Shown here: in pieces, positions 29,499 through 41,376 of the stretch
Layout: every line of letters begins with the position of its first letter
How positions within the stretch are numbered: the first letter of the stretch is position 1
Source of the DNA: Candidatus Nomurabacteria bacterium
GTDB lineage: Bacteria; Patescibacteriota; Patescibacteriia; HK-STAS-PATE-3
Length of the DNA stretch: 64,000 nt
Reading direction: 5' to 3'
Assembly (NCBI GenBank): GCA_023898465.1
Contig: CP060223.1
Span: 192,001 to 256,000 of the forward strand
Translations under genes and position numbers: made by a program
Notes under the pieces: model-generated
What the model saw: the letters and a program-made list of their open reading frames with translations, nothing else
What the model was told of the DNA's origin: nothing
Databases searched by the model: none

Positions 29499-29504
29499 TT
29501 ACTT

Positions 29505-30713
29505 ATGCCAAATTTTGAATATACTGCACGAGATAGTCAGGGAAATACCAGTACAGGTATTGTTGAAGCGCCAACTGAGAGCATAGCGCAGGATGTTTTG
29601 CGTGAACGCGGTTTGATAGTGACCGGTATTAGCGAGCGTCAGCGCAAAGCGCTTTTTCAAACCTCGCTGAACATATTTAATCGCGTGCCTCGTCGTGATG
29701 TCACTATTTTTTCACGGCAGCTGGCAGTGATGATTTCGGCCACGGTACCGATTGTGCAGGCTTTGCGTATCCTCGTGAAGCAGACAGAAAACGTAGCTTT
29801 TAAGATTATTATCTCAGAGGTTGCTGATGAGGTTGACGGTGGATCAAAGCTTTCCGCCACTTTAGGGAAGTATCCTCATGTGTTCAATGATTTCTTTGTG
29901 CACATGATTCGATCTGGTGAAACCACGGGTAAGTTGGATGAAACGCTCAACTATTTAGCTGATCAGCAGGAAAAAGACTACGATTTGATCTCTAAGATCA
30001 AAGGCTCGATGACCTATCCGGTCTTTATTCTGGGTGCTTTGGTGGCTGTCGGTATCCTTATGATGATTTTTGTGATTCCACAGCTGACCGATATCCTGAC
30101 AGCTGGTGGGCAAGAGCTGCCGATTATGACGCGAGCTTTAATCGCTACCTCGGCATTTTTGCAGACAAAGTGGTGGGTGTTGCTTATTGTGATTGCGCTT
30201 TTGTACGCGGCATATCGCTTTGTGGAGCGGTCTGAGCAAGGTCAAGACGTGATTGATCGCTTGAAGCTGCACTTCCCAATTTTTGGACAAATTTTTCAGC
30301 GTATTTACCTTGTCCGTTTCGCGCGCAGCTTATCAACCTTAATCTCCAGCGGCGTGCCAATTACTCGCTCACTCGAGATTGTGGCTGATGTGATTGATAA
30401 CCGTCTCTATCGTAAGTTAACCAAAGAGACTATTGAAGCAATTGAGGGAGGTAAATCTATCTCCTATGTCTTTGCGCAAAATAAAGATATCCCTCCTATG
30501 TTGACGCAGATGATGAGCATTGGTGAATCAACTGGTAAGCTTGATTTCATTTTAGAAAAGCTGGCAAATTTCTACAGTCGTGAGCTAGAAAACAACGTAG
30601 CAAACCTGGTTAGCCTGATCGAACCTTTGATTCTGGTGGTTATGGGTGTGGCAGTTGCCTTCCTCGTTATCGCTATTCTCTTGCCGATGTATAATTTGTC
30701 ATCAGCCATTTAG
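29505..30713 (+). CDS. pilC: Type IV pilus inner-membrane platform protein PilC (GspF family)
   Basis: 402 aa; two GspF repeats, three TM segments; conserved …QLAVMISATVPIVQAL… and …RFARSLSTLISSGVPI…. Confidence 0.85.
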   Translation: MPNFEYTARDSQGNTSTGIVEAPTESIAQDVLRERGLIVTGISERQRKALFQTSLNIFNRVPRRDVTIFSRQLAVMISATVPIVQALRILVKQTENVAFKIIISEVADEVDGGSKLSATLGKYPHVFNDFFVHMIRSGETTGKLDETLNYLADQQEKDYDLISKIKGSMTYPVFILGALVAVGILMMIFVIPQLTDILTAGGQELPIMTRALIATSAFLQTKWWVLLIVIALLYAAYRFVERSEQGQDVIDRLKLHFPIFGQIFQRIYLVRFARSLSTLISSGVPITRSLEIVADVIDNRLYRKLTKETIEAIEGGKSISYVFAQNKDIPPMLTQMMSIGESTGKLDFILEKLANFYSRELENNVANLVSLIEPLILVVMGVAVAFLVIAILLPMYNLSSAI

Positions 30714-30892
30714 CTAAAGTTAGCCGAAAAAGTAGGGGATTTGTTGTCGAATGTGGAAAAGTAAGAACACTTGTTCGGTATTTGCAAAAATGGTACACTA
30801 CAACTGTACAAATTGCGTACACTAAAAGCCTCGGCATATTTCACGCGTGAAGTATGTACAACGGCAAAATGAAAGGGGGTGAGACAGAAAGA

Positions 30893-31459
30893 ATGAAAAA
30901 AGGATTCACACTTATTGAGCTCTTGGTCGTGATCGCGATCATCGGTATTTTGTCTGCAATTGGGCTCGTCTCACTAAACGGTGCACGTGAAAAGGCCCGT
31001 GACGCCCAAGCCAAGTCTGACCTTGGTCAGATGCGCACTGCGTTGACCTTGTTTGCTGATGATAACGGTGGAAGCTTTGTTGGAGTGCAGGTAGCAGGCG
31101 CAAGTAATACGCCTGATTGTTCTGGTGACACAAACGACGCCGGATCGACCGCAGCTGGTAATGATTAAGTGTGGGATAGCAACGACGGTTACCGATTATC
31201 TCTCAACCTATCTAAATTCACCACGAGCTTGGTTACTGGCGCGGACGCGTGCGAAGGTCGTTATGGTTATGTGGCAAATGAATTCAGCTGCTACCGTAAA
31301 CGACGCTGATGATTATGTGTTGTTCTATAGACCGAAACAGGTGATGGACAAAACTACTACAAGCTTAGCGCTGACGGGCAGTCGGTTGATTATTCAGATA
31401 ATGAAACAGGTGTTCCTACCTGTCCAAACACGGGTGCGGCTTGTACGCTAAATCCGTAA
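30893..31459 (+). pseudogene. Type IV pilin paralog 1 (promoter-proximal copy), disrupted by in-frame stops and frameshifts
   Basis: MKKG|FTLIELLVV… N-terminus is identical to paralog 3; ORF stops after 91 aa (TAA 31166-31168). Pilin-like sequence then continues in the same frame (…GADACEGRYGYVANEFS), shifts frame (…DDYVLFYRPKQV) and returns (…GDGQNYYKLSADGQSVDYSDNETGVPTCPNTGAACTLNP*), with further in-frame TGA/TGA/TAG at 31307-31330. Confidence 0.55.
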
Positions 31460-31470
31460 GGTTGATAAAC

Positions 31471-31503
31471 AAAAAAGGGGTGCTAGTTGACCCCTTTTTT
31501 GTT
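31471..31503 (+). terminator. Rho-independent terminator after pilin 1
   Basis: AAAAAAGGGG-tgctagttga-CCCCTTTTTTT hairpin plus T-run. Confidence 0.6.
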
Positions 31504-31552
31504 TATTGTGCTATACTTACCGCATTGAAGCTTAAGTTAAAGGGGGTAGTTA

Positions 31553-32074
31553 ATGAAAAAAGGATTCACACTTATTGAGCTCCTAGTTGTTATCGCGATT
31601 ATTGGAGTACTTTCTGCTATTGGGCTCGTCTCACTAAACGGTGCACGTGAAAAGGCCCGTGACGCCCAAGCCAAGTCTGACCTTGGTCAGATGCGTACAG
31701 CATTAACTTTATTTGCTGACGATAGCGGTGGATATTATCCAGATGTACAAAGTGATAGTCCTGGTGTGCCAGATGAGAGCGCTCCCAATTTAACTGAGGG
31801 CGGTATTTGGGATGGCACCGGTGGGTCAATAATTCCAAGTTATCTATCAGCAGAACTTGAATCCGGCTCAAGTACTCCTTACGGTTATGTATCGAATGGA
31901 CTAGATGCTACTCCAAATGTATCTAGCGATTATGGGCTCTATTACTTGTTAGAATCTGGCGATGGAGCGCGCTACTACGTGCTTACTGCCAATGGAACAG
32001 TGTATGATTATGATGCTAATATTGGAGCGCCACCGCTTTGTATCGATGAAAGTCTGCCTTGTGAAGTAAGCTAA
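31553..32074 (+). CDS. Type IV major pilin paralog 2
   Basis: 173 aa; prepilin leader MKKG|FTLIELLVVIAIIG; conserved N-terminal 70 aa shared with paralogs 1 and 3; C-terminal Cys pair (…PPLCIDESLPCEVS); own extended -10 promoter TGcTATACT upstream. Confidence 0.8.
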   Translation: MKKGFTLIELLVVIAIIGVLSAIGLVSLNGAREKARDAQAKSDLGQMRTALTLFADDSGGYYPDVQSDSPGVPDESAPNLTEGGIWDGTGGSIIPSYLSAELESGSSTPYGYVSNGLDATPNVSSDYGLYYLLESGDGARYYVLTANGTVYDYDANIGAPPLCIDESLPCEVS

Positions 32075-32110
32075 TTACAAAATGGAAATGAAAGGGGGTG
32101 AGACAGAAAG

Positions 32111-32666
32111 AATGAAAAAAGGATTCACACTTATTGAGCTCTTGGTCGTGATCGCGATCATCGGTATTTTGTCTGCAATTGGGCTCGTCTCACTAAACGG
32201 TGCACGTGAAAAGGCCCGTGACGCCCAAGCCAAGTCTGACCTTGGTCAGATGCGAACTGCTTTGACCTTGTTTGCTGATGATAATGGTGGAGAGTATCCG
32301 GGAGAAGGTACAAACGGACAGCCAGATGCTAGCGGCACGGGATCTGGCGGAGGGCTTGGTGTATGGGCTGCCAGTGGGGCAATAATAGGCCCGTATCTTA
32401 GTTCTGAACTAGAGTCACCTTCGAGCACTAGCTATAGTTATCTCTCAAACAGCGGAGCTGCACCTGACACTACAGGAACGGATTTCGTTTTGTATTATCA
32501 GTTAGAGTCAGGCGCAGGTGATCATATCTACTCACTTTTAGCTGATGGTACTGTTCGAGACTACGATGACGGGGACACTAACTTACCTTGTTGTCAGAAT
32601 GATGCGCTTTGCCACTATAATGACCCTGACCCGTTGCCGACAGATGCTTCTTGCGATGGAAGCTAG
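32111..32666 (+). CDS. Type IV major pilin paralog 3
   Basis: Start at MKKGFTL (ORF track begins 32082); 5' ~230 bp incl. RBS identical to paralog 1; divergent C-terminal domain with Cys-rich end (…LPCCQNDALCHYNDP…ASCDGS). Confidence 0.8.
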
Positions 32667-32693
32667 TTAGTCAAACACTATGTGTAAGAATCA

Positions 32694-32720
32694 AAAAAGA
32701 GCAGAAATGCTCTTTTTTGA
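32694..32720 (+). terminator. Rho-independent terminator after pilin 3
   Basis: AAAAAAGAGCA-gaaa-TGCTCTTTTTTG hairpin plus T-run. Confidence 0.55.
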
Positions 32721-32813
32721 ATTTGGTGTAGCAGGTAGTTCCGGGAGTTTAAGTTATGTAATGCAAGGTGGTTGCCTTGGTGATTTTCGCTATTTCTTGT
32801 ATAATAATACTAC

Positions 32814-33404
32814 ATGTCGAATTCGCTTTATCACGGTTTGCTTAGTCTGATCTTGCTTGCTCCCTACATTGCGACTGTCCAATGGCGGAAAGCGATGAGT
32901 CGTAAGATTTTTATTTGGTCAGTCAGCGGTATCATTGTTCTGATGTGTATACAAATGAGTATTCAGAGTGTCCAACTTTGGAATGAATACTCTAACGATC
33001 CGGTTGCCGCCTATTTACTACCACCTCATTCGAATGTCGTTTATTCGCATATTCTGAGATTAGGACAGCCGATACTTGTAGCAGTTATTACCGCACTAGT
33101 TACCTTTTCTGTTCTTTACTTTGCAAAAAAATACTTCCGACTCGGACAGTATGATGCTGAGGATATTCGCTGGTTGAGTTTGTCAGCTCTCTTGAGTTCT
33201 TGGCCAGGCGTCCTTATTACTTTTGTAAGCATATTTCTCATTGCTGTGTTGGCTCAGATAGTACGGGTGCTCATGGCAATGCGTAGTTCAGCTGAGCCAC
33301 CTCGACTTGTCCTCACCCCCTTTGTCGCCCCTGTCACCATTTTTATCCTCTGGTTTCTCCCAGATATTCTCCATGTTACCGGACTTGAAAAAATCCGATT
33401 CTAG
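32814..33404 (+). CDS. Hypothetical polytopic membrane protein within pilin cluster
   Basis: 196 aa; 4-5 predicted TM helices; overlaps start of downstream pilin by ~30 nt. Confidence 0.45.
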   Translation: MSNSLYHGLLSLILLAPYIATVQWRKAMSRKIFIWSVSGIIVLMCIQMSIQSVQLWNEYSNDPVAAYLLPPHSNVVYSHILRLGQPILVAVITALVTFSVLYFAKKYFRLGQYDAEDIRWLSLSALLSSWPGVLITFVSIFLIAVLAQIVRVLMAMRSSAEPPRLVLTPFVAPVTIFILWFLPDILHVTGLEKIRF

Positions 33405-33897
33405 AAAAGGATTTACCCTAATCGAATTATTAGTAGTGATTGCAATTATCGGCATACTTTCGGGTATTGGTATTACACAATTTAATAAGTCGCGCGAAAA
33501 AGCACGTGATGCACAACGTAAATCAGACCTGGCGAATATTAGATCCGCACTATTGCTTTATTATGATGATTACGATTTTCTTTATCCAACAACCGTGACT
33601 GTAGGTGCACCGGACGCTTCCTTAGACGGCGTAGGTGTATTTGATGCGGATGAGGGCAATAATCCAATAGTACCCGAATATCTTGCGTCTGTGATATTAC
33701 CAAAAACTGACGACACCAATCATGAGTATTGGTATGACGCGACTGATGATGGGAGTGCGTATCTTCTGTATACTCATTTAGAGGGAGCTGATACAGACTG
33801 GTATTGGCTTGATTCTAACGGCAAAAACGGTGTTGAGTTAAATGCCAATACCCATACGGCAGATAATTGCAATGCAGGAACTAGCTGTACGTGGTAA
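33373..33897 (+). CDS. Type IV pilin paralog 4
   Basis: Prepilin leader …SRKG|FTLIELLVVIAIIGILSGIG…; start chosen at internal ATG 33373 (ORF track 33307). Confidence 0.7.
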   Translation: MLPDLKKSDSRKGFTLIELLVVIAIIGILSGIGITQFNKSREKARDAQRKSDLANIRSALLLYYDDYDFLYPTTVTVGAPDASLDGVGVFDADEGNNPIVPEYLASVILPKTDDTNHEYWYDATDDGSAYLLYTHLEGADTDWYWLDSNGKNGVELNANTHTADNCNAGTSCTW

Positions 33898-33906
33898 AAT
33901 ACATAT

Positions 33907-34326
33907 ATGGAAAACGCTAAGCAAAAAGGATTAGGACTAATTGAGCTCATTATCATTATCGGCCTTTTTGGCTTATTGATCGTGCTTGGCGTGATAATGT
34001 TAGGGAACGAGCGGGCTCGGACGCGGGATAGCCAGCGTTTGGCTGATATGACACGGGTGCAGGCAGCTTTTCAGCTGCTCTATTACACACAGGCAAGCTA
34101 CGCCGAGGCAGCGGATGGCTGTGATGAGGTGGGGACTGCGGTGGCTGCGTGTGGATTAGATCGCTACCTGAACGGAATTGGTACTTTGCAAGATCCGGGG
34201 TCTTTCTCTTACCGCATTGCCAAAGTGCCGGATGAGCACGGCTACGCGGTTGAGTTTACCTTAGAGCGCGGATATGGCACCCTAGCCCCGGGGTCGCATT
34301 TCTTGACTGAGCAGGGGATTCAATAA
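33907..34326 (+). CDS. Pseudopilin / minor pilin (prepilin-type N-terminus)
   Basis: 139 aa; …QKG|LGLIELIIIIGLFGLLIVLGV… with Glu at +5. Confidence 0.6.
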   Translation: MENAKQKGLGLIELIIIIGLFGLLIVLGVIMLGNERARTRDSQRLADMTRVQAAFQLLYYTQASYAEAADGCDEVGTAVAACGLDRYLNGIGTLQDPGSFSYRIAKVPDEHGYAVEFTLERGYGTLAPGSHFLTEQGIQ

Positions 34327-34334
34327 CGATTCAG

Positions 34335-35099
34335 ATGGGGGATATGGACCAAAGCATCGCACTCATTGGCGCTATTGCGGTAGCTGTCTTTGGTTTGATT
34401 ATTGGCAGCTTTTTAAATGCAGCGCTCTGGCGGATGCGGGTACGGCGCTCTTTAGTAAGCGATCGTTCGCGATGTCCACATTGCAAGCACGTGCTTGGTC
34501 CAGCTGAACTCATCCCAGTGTTTAGTTTTTTCTGGCAGCGTGGTCGCTGTCGGCACTGCCGCCGCAAAATTTCCTGGTGGTATCCCGGCATAGAGCTGGC
34601 AACAGCGGCAGTGTTTTGCGTGAACTGGTTTCGTTTTGGTTTATCAACTGAGTTTTTTTACGTCACTGTTATTTCCGCTTTCCTCATTGTCATTTTCGTC
34701 TATGATGCGCGCTACAGTTTAATTCTCGATCGAGTTTCTTTGCCAGGCGCGGCATTGGCCTTCATCGGCAGTTTGTTACTTGGTGTGCCTTTTTGGGACG
34801 TGCTGCTCGGCGCGCTGATTGGTGGAGGATTCTTTTTCCTGCAGTATGTCATTTCCCGTGGTCGCTGGATTGGCGGAGGTGATATGCGTCTCGGGCTGCT
34901 GCTTGGTGCCTTCTTAGCCTGGCCGGAAATTGTCTTTGCACTGTGCCTCGCCTATATATTGGGATCGTTATATGGCATTGGTCTGGTTTTGAGTAAGAAG
35001 AAGTCTTGGCAAAGCGCTATTCCCTTCGGCACCTTTTTGAGTTTAGCAGCATACATTTTTTATTTAATGAGCGATCGTGTCCTTCCATACCTCACCTAA
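34335..35099 (+). CDS. pilD: Prepilin peptidase PilD (A24 family) with N-terminal zinc-binding Cys pairs
   Basis: 254 aa; …IGSFLNAALWRM…CPHCKHVL…CRHCRRKI…; multiple TM helices; conserved Asp-containing loops (…GGGDMRLGLLLGAFL…). Confidence 0.85.
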   Translation: MGDMDQSIALIGAIAVAVFGLIIGSFLNAALWRMRVRRSLVSDRSRCPHCKHVLGPAELIPVFSFFWQRGRCRHCRRKISWWYPGIELATAAVFCVNWFRFGLSTEFFYVTVISAFLIVIFVYDARYSLILDRVSLPGAALAFIGSLLLGVPFWDVLLGALIGGGFFFLQYVISRGRWIGGGDMRLGLLLGAFLAWPEIVFALCLAYILGSLYGIGLVLSKKKSWQSAIPFGTFLSLAAYIFYLMSDRVLPYLT

Positions 35100-35751
35100 A
35101 AAATCGCAGCACGGTTTCACAATGATTGAGCTAGTTGTCTCAATCGCAATTTTTGGCATACTCGCCGGGATTCTTGGTTGGAATTTTAGCCGCTTCCGAG
35201 AAAATGATGATTTACGTCTAGCCGCTGAACAGCTGATGACTGATCTTCGTACTGCGCAAAATACTGCCATGACCGGTCAGGTGATTGATGATCCAGGACC
35301 AGGAGATCCAGCCGTGCCAATTGGCGGCTATGGCATTCATTTTAATCTCAACATAGGCAACAACGAATATTGGATGTTTGCGGATCGAGAGAGTTACAGT
35401 GGGACAACTTGTGTTCCTGTACGCAACGAGCGCTTTGATCAATTAGTAGCCGACCCTCCGAGCACGTGTATGACTGATGGGGTGAATGATGATTTAGATG
35501 CAGCGCCTAATCCGGTACAATTACCCGGCGATGTGATTATTGAAGCCTTGCGAGTAGATGGAACACAAAGCATTACCGACGTGGCCTTTTTGCCTCCTAA
35601 ACCACTCCCTTATGTAGCTTACGGCGATCTGACAAATGCCGCCGTAGCTGGGAAAACTATTGAGATTGACCTCCGTCATACCGTGACAAACCAGCTCCGA
35701 AGGGTTACTGTAGTAGGAGCATCAGGTCAAATAAGTGTCAGCACACCATAA
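35077..35751 (+). CDS. Minor pilin, FimT/GspH-like
   Basis: 224 aa; prepilin N-terminus …QHG|FTMIELVVSIAIFGILAGI…. Confidence 0.65.
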   Translation: MSFHTSPKKSQHGFTMIELVVSIAIFGILAGILGWNFSRFRENDDLRLAAEQLMTDLRTAQNTAMTGQVIDDPGPGDPAVPIGGYGIHFNLNIGNNEYWMFADRESYSGTTCVPVRNERFDQLVADPPSTCMTDGVNDDLDAAPNPVQLPGDVIIEALRVDGTQSITDVAFLPPKPLPYVAYGDLTNAAVAGKTIEIDLRHTVTNQLRRVTVVGASGQISVSTP

Positions 35752-35757
35752 TTATCT

Positions 35758-36342
35758 ATGCATCGATTTTCACACAATCAAGAAGGTCAAACCCTGGTCG
35801 AGGTGATTATCGCGGTTTCGATTCTCTTGGCTGGTATTGTTACCTCCTTAACCCTTGGCATTGTGACGGTGCGGGCTGGTCAAGTGTCCCAAAACCGTAC
35901 GATTGCAGATAATCTAGCTCGGGAGGGTTTAGAGTTGGTGCGTACTATGCGCGATACCAATTGGCTGCAGGATAATGTATGGGACCAGGGCTTATGTGCC
36001 TCTGATGACACTACTGCTATTCCAGATTTTTTACCGGATGTAAATGCGTGGAGTCTTGATTTCAGCGTAGATGATTTTGCGGACGCCAATGCACAGGTCT
36101 TATATAGAGAAGATCGAGAAAATTCACTTCGCCCGCTTGATTACTACATGCAAACAGCTGGACCTCGACCGGACGGATCAACGCCGAGTCGCTTCCGTCG
36201 TTTATTAACGATTAGTTCTGATGACGGTAGCTGTGTCGATGCTGATGTCTCGTATACAGTGAAGTCAGAAGTGCAGTGGGATGAGGGTGGAACAACCCAT
36301 TCCTCAATAGTAGAAGAGCGACTCTTTGATTGGAGGACATGA
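35758..36342 (+). CDS. Minor pilin, PilV-like
   Basis: 194 aa; …EG|QTLVEVIIAVSILLAGIVT…. Confidence 0.6.
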   Translation: MHRFSHNQEGQTLVEVIIAVSILLAGIVTSLTLGIVTVRAGQVSQNRTIADNLAREGLELVRTMRDTNWLQDNVWDQGLCASDDTTAIPDFLPDVNAWSLDFSVDDFADANAQVLYREDRENSLRPLDYYMQTAGPRPDGSTPSRFRRLLTISSDDGSCVDADVSYTVKSEVQWDEGGTTHSSIVEERLFDWRT

Positions 36343-37175
36343 TGAGGTTGCGACGCTTATTGTATAAGAAAATATTTGCCCGAGAAGAAAAAGGATTCAC
36401 CTTGGTGGAAATTCTCATGGTGCTCGGCATTTTCTCAACCGCACTACTTATGGTGGTGAATATTTTTGTTACCTCGACTCGTTTGCAGCAGCGCACACTG
36501 ACTGCCCAGCGCCTGAGTGCTGATGCGCGATTTACTTTAGAGACCATGGCCCGGGCAATTCGAAGTGGTACGGTTGACTATGATTTTTATCACGCACGAA
36601 CGCCATACGTTTCAACAGAGTACGAGATGAAGATTACCGACCCTAGCTATCCTCTGCATGTGTTGTCAGTTATTGATCCGGATGGAAACCGTACGATTTT
36701 TCGCCGTCAGAGTCTGGATCCGGTAAATGACCCCTGGGGGAATGATAAGAGTGGCGGATTTGAAAAAGTTGGAGACAAGCTAGAAGTATGTTTAGAGAGC
36801 AACCTTTGTATAGATCCAACAGATTATGAGGGTTCCTCAAAAACGCTTTGCAACTCTGACAGTGAGTGCGGAGAGACTGGTGAATCTTGTTTGCTTTCCT
36901 GTAATTACCAAGGTGCTTGGAGCGACATTACTCCAGAGGGCGTCCGTTTAACCGGTGGATCACAACATCCCACCGAGCCCTATGGCTTTAAGGTAACCTT
37001 GACCCCCCCGTATAGTCCTTTCTTAATTCAGAATAATGAAACTGGCGAATATAAAGCTGATGAGCAGCCCCGGGTTTCCATACTCATGATAACCAAGGGC
37101 AATGGCAATGACCAAGATGAGCTGAAAGAAGTGAAATTACAAACAACCGTAAGTACGCGTGTGTATGGACGTTAA
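36330..37175 (+). CDS. Minor pilin, PilW-like
   Basis: 281 aa; …EKG|FTLVEILMVLGIFSTALLMVVNIF…. Confidence 0.6.
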   Translation: MEDMMRLRRLLYKKIFAREEKGFTLVEILMVLGIFSTALLMVVNIFVTSTRLQQRTLTAQRLSADARFTLETMARAIRSGTVDYDFYHARTPYVSTEYEMKITDPSYPLHVLSVIDPDGNRTIFRRQSLDPVNDPWGNDKSGGFEKVGDKLEVCLESNLCIDPTDYEGSSKTLCNSDSECGETGESCLLSCNYQGAWSDITPEGVRLTGGSQHPTEPYGFKVTLTPPYSPFLIQNNETGEYKADEQPRVSILMITKGNGNDQDELKEVKLQTTVSTRVYGR

Positions 37176-38034
37176 GCAATTTTCACATTCGCAAAAAGAT
37201 GAACGCGGTATCGTGATGCTTTTGTCTTTACTCGTATTAAGCGCCTTAACTGCGGTAGCGATTGGCACCTCGGTGCTGATTATTAAAGAAGTCCAACAGT
37301 CTTCAAACATTGATCGTTCTCTGATGGCCTACTACGCAGCAGAAACGGGAATTGAAAAAGGACTCTACACCGTTAAGATTGGTCGACAGACGAATCAAGA
37401 GCTTGCTGATATTCTCAATGATCTGAATGACGGCGGCGCCATGAGCAATGGAGCAAGCTGGTCAACGGATGAGAGTACCACCAGCGAGGAATATTCCCTC
37501 AGCTCGCTAAAGGAAAATCAATCAACCGTGCTTGATCTCTACGATCCTCTCGATCCAACTGAAGGTGGTTATGAGAGCTTTGGTGTTGAGGCGCTTGATG
37601 CAAAGCCGCTCCAAAATCCAGCTTGGTTGGAAATCAGTTATTTCCCTTGGACTATAAACGGCGGCTTACTTGATTGGGACGATGATAATGTGGAGAAGCG
37701 TCTCCGCTCAGTATATGAAACCCAGCCAAATGTGCCGGCCATCTTTGACCTCTTACCAAATCAAAATTATCGCATCCGCGTGCGGGCGCTCTATGATGAT
37801 CTGCGTAATGTGCGCATTACTGCTTTCACCGAAGATGACCCGACAGATACTGATGTATGTAATCCGGCCTATAGCTGCATAAAGTCGATTCCAAATCGAG
37901 TGTTGATTCGCTCGCTTGGTGCCTCGGGCGGTAACCAGAGTGCCTTATCAGCCTCAGTGCCATATCAAGCGCCAGCCTCTGGTATCTTTGACTTCGTGCT
38001 CTTCAGTGAGCAGACGATTGATAAGAGGACCTAG
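37159..38034 (+). CDS. Minor pilin, PilX-like
   Basis: 291 aa; N-terminal …ERGIVMLLSLLVLSALTAVAIGTSVLIIKEVQQSSN…AYYAAETGIEKGLY… typical of PilX. Confidence 0.6.
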   Translation: MCMDVKQFSHSQKDERGIVMLLSLLVLSALTAVAIGTSVLIIKEVQQSSNIDRSLMAYYAAETGIEKGLYTVKIGRQTNQELADILNDLNDGGAMSNGASWSTDESTTSEEYSLSSLKENQSTVLDLYDPLDPTEGGYESFGVEALDAKPLQNPAWLEISYFPWTINGGLLDWDDDNVEKRLRSVYETQPNVPAIFDLLPNQNYRIRVRALYDDLRNVRITAFTEDDPTDTDVCNPAYSCIKSIPNRVLIRSLGASGGNQSALSASVPYQAPASGIFDFVLFSEQTIDKRT

Positions 38035-38113
38035 GTTAAGGAAATCTGAAATAAGAATATCGAAACACTAGACAATTTTGAAATTGGCTATTACTTCGAT
38101 TTTCGGAATACGT

Positions 38114-41035
<2,922 letters not shown>

Positions 41036-41076
41036 GCATAGCGACAGCTGGGACGAACTTTGCTAGACTAGCCTAT

Positions 41077-41376
41077 ATGTCATCGAAATATGCAAAAATC
41101 GACCTCTTAGCTGATATGGCAAAGATTGCCCTGACTGATGAGGAGCAGAAAAAACTAGAAAAAGAACTGCAAAGCATCTTAGCCTATGTGCAGGTCCTTG
41201 ATAAGGTTGATACTTCGAGTACACCGCCTACGCGTCATGTCAGCGGTCTCATCAATCAGACAAGAGAGGATAAGATTGTCCCTTCTGATCATGCGAGTGA
41301 GATTACTCGTCAATCCCCACGACGTTCAGGATTTGAGATTCCTTCGGTACGTAGCTTATGGACTTCAAAGAAATAA
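41077..41376 (+). CDS. gatC: Glu-tRNA(Gln)/Asp-tRNA(Asn) amidotransferase subunit C
   Basis: 99 aa; GatC-like (…IALTDEEQKKLEKELQSILAYVQVLDKVDTS…) immediately upstream of gatA. Confidence 0.8.
   Translation: MSSKYAKIDLLADMAKIALTDEEQKKLEKELQSILAYVQVLDKVDTSSTPPTRHVSGLINQTREDKIVPSDHASEITRQSPRRSGFEIPSVRSLWTSKK

Noticed and set aside
30780-30812. Sigma-54 (-24/-12) promoter upstream of the pilin gene (TGGTAC…TTGCG)
   Set aside because: Spacing between the GG and GC elements is ~23 nt rather than the required 12 nt spacing; no sigma-54 activator (PilR-like) gene is present in the operon.
31125-31451. ORF 31125-31451 (+) as an independent gene
   Set aside because: It is one of the shifted frames of the disrupted pilin-1 gene (contains the DDYVLFYRPKQV segment homologous to pilins 2/3), not a separate protein.
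30893-31459. Programmed stop-codon readthrough / alternative genetic code as explanation for in-frame stops in pilin 1
   Set aside because: Three different stop codons (TAA, TGA, TAG) plus frame shifts occur within 170 bp. All conserved housekeeping genes in the window (tuf, fusA, r-proteins, ligA) read through cleanly in standard code 11 with no internal stops, so a pseudogene or assembly error is far more likely.
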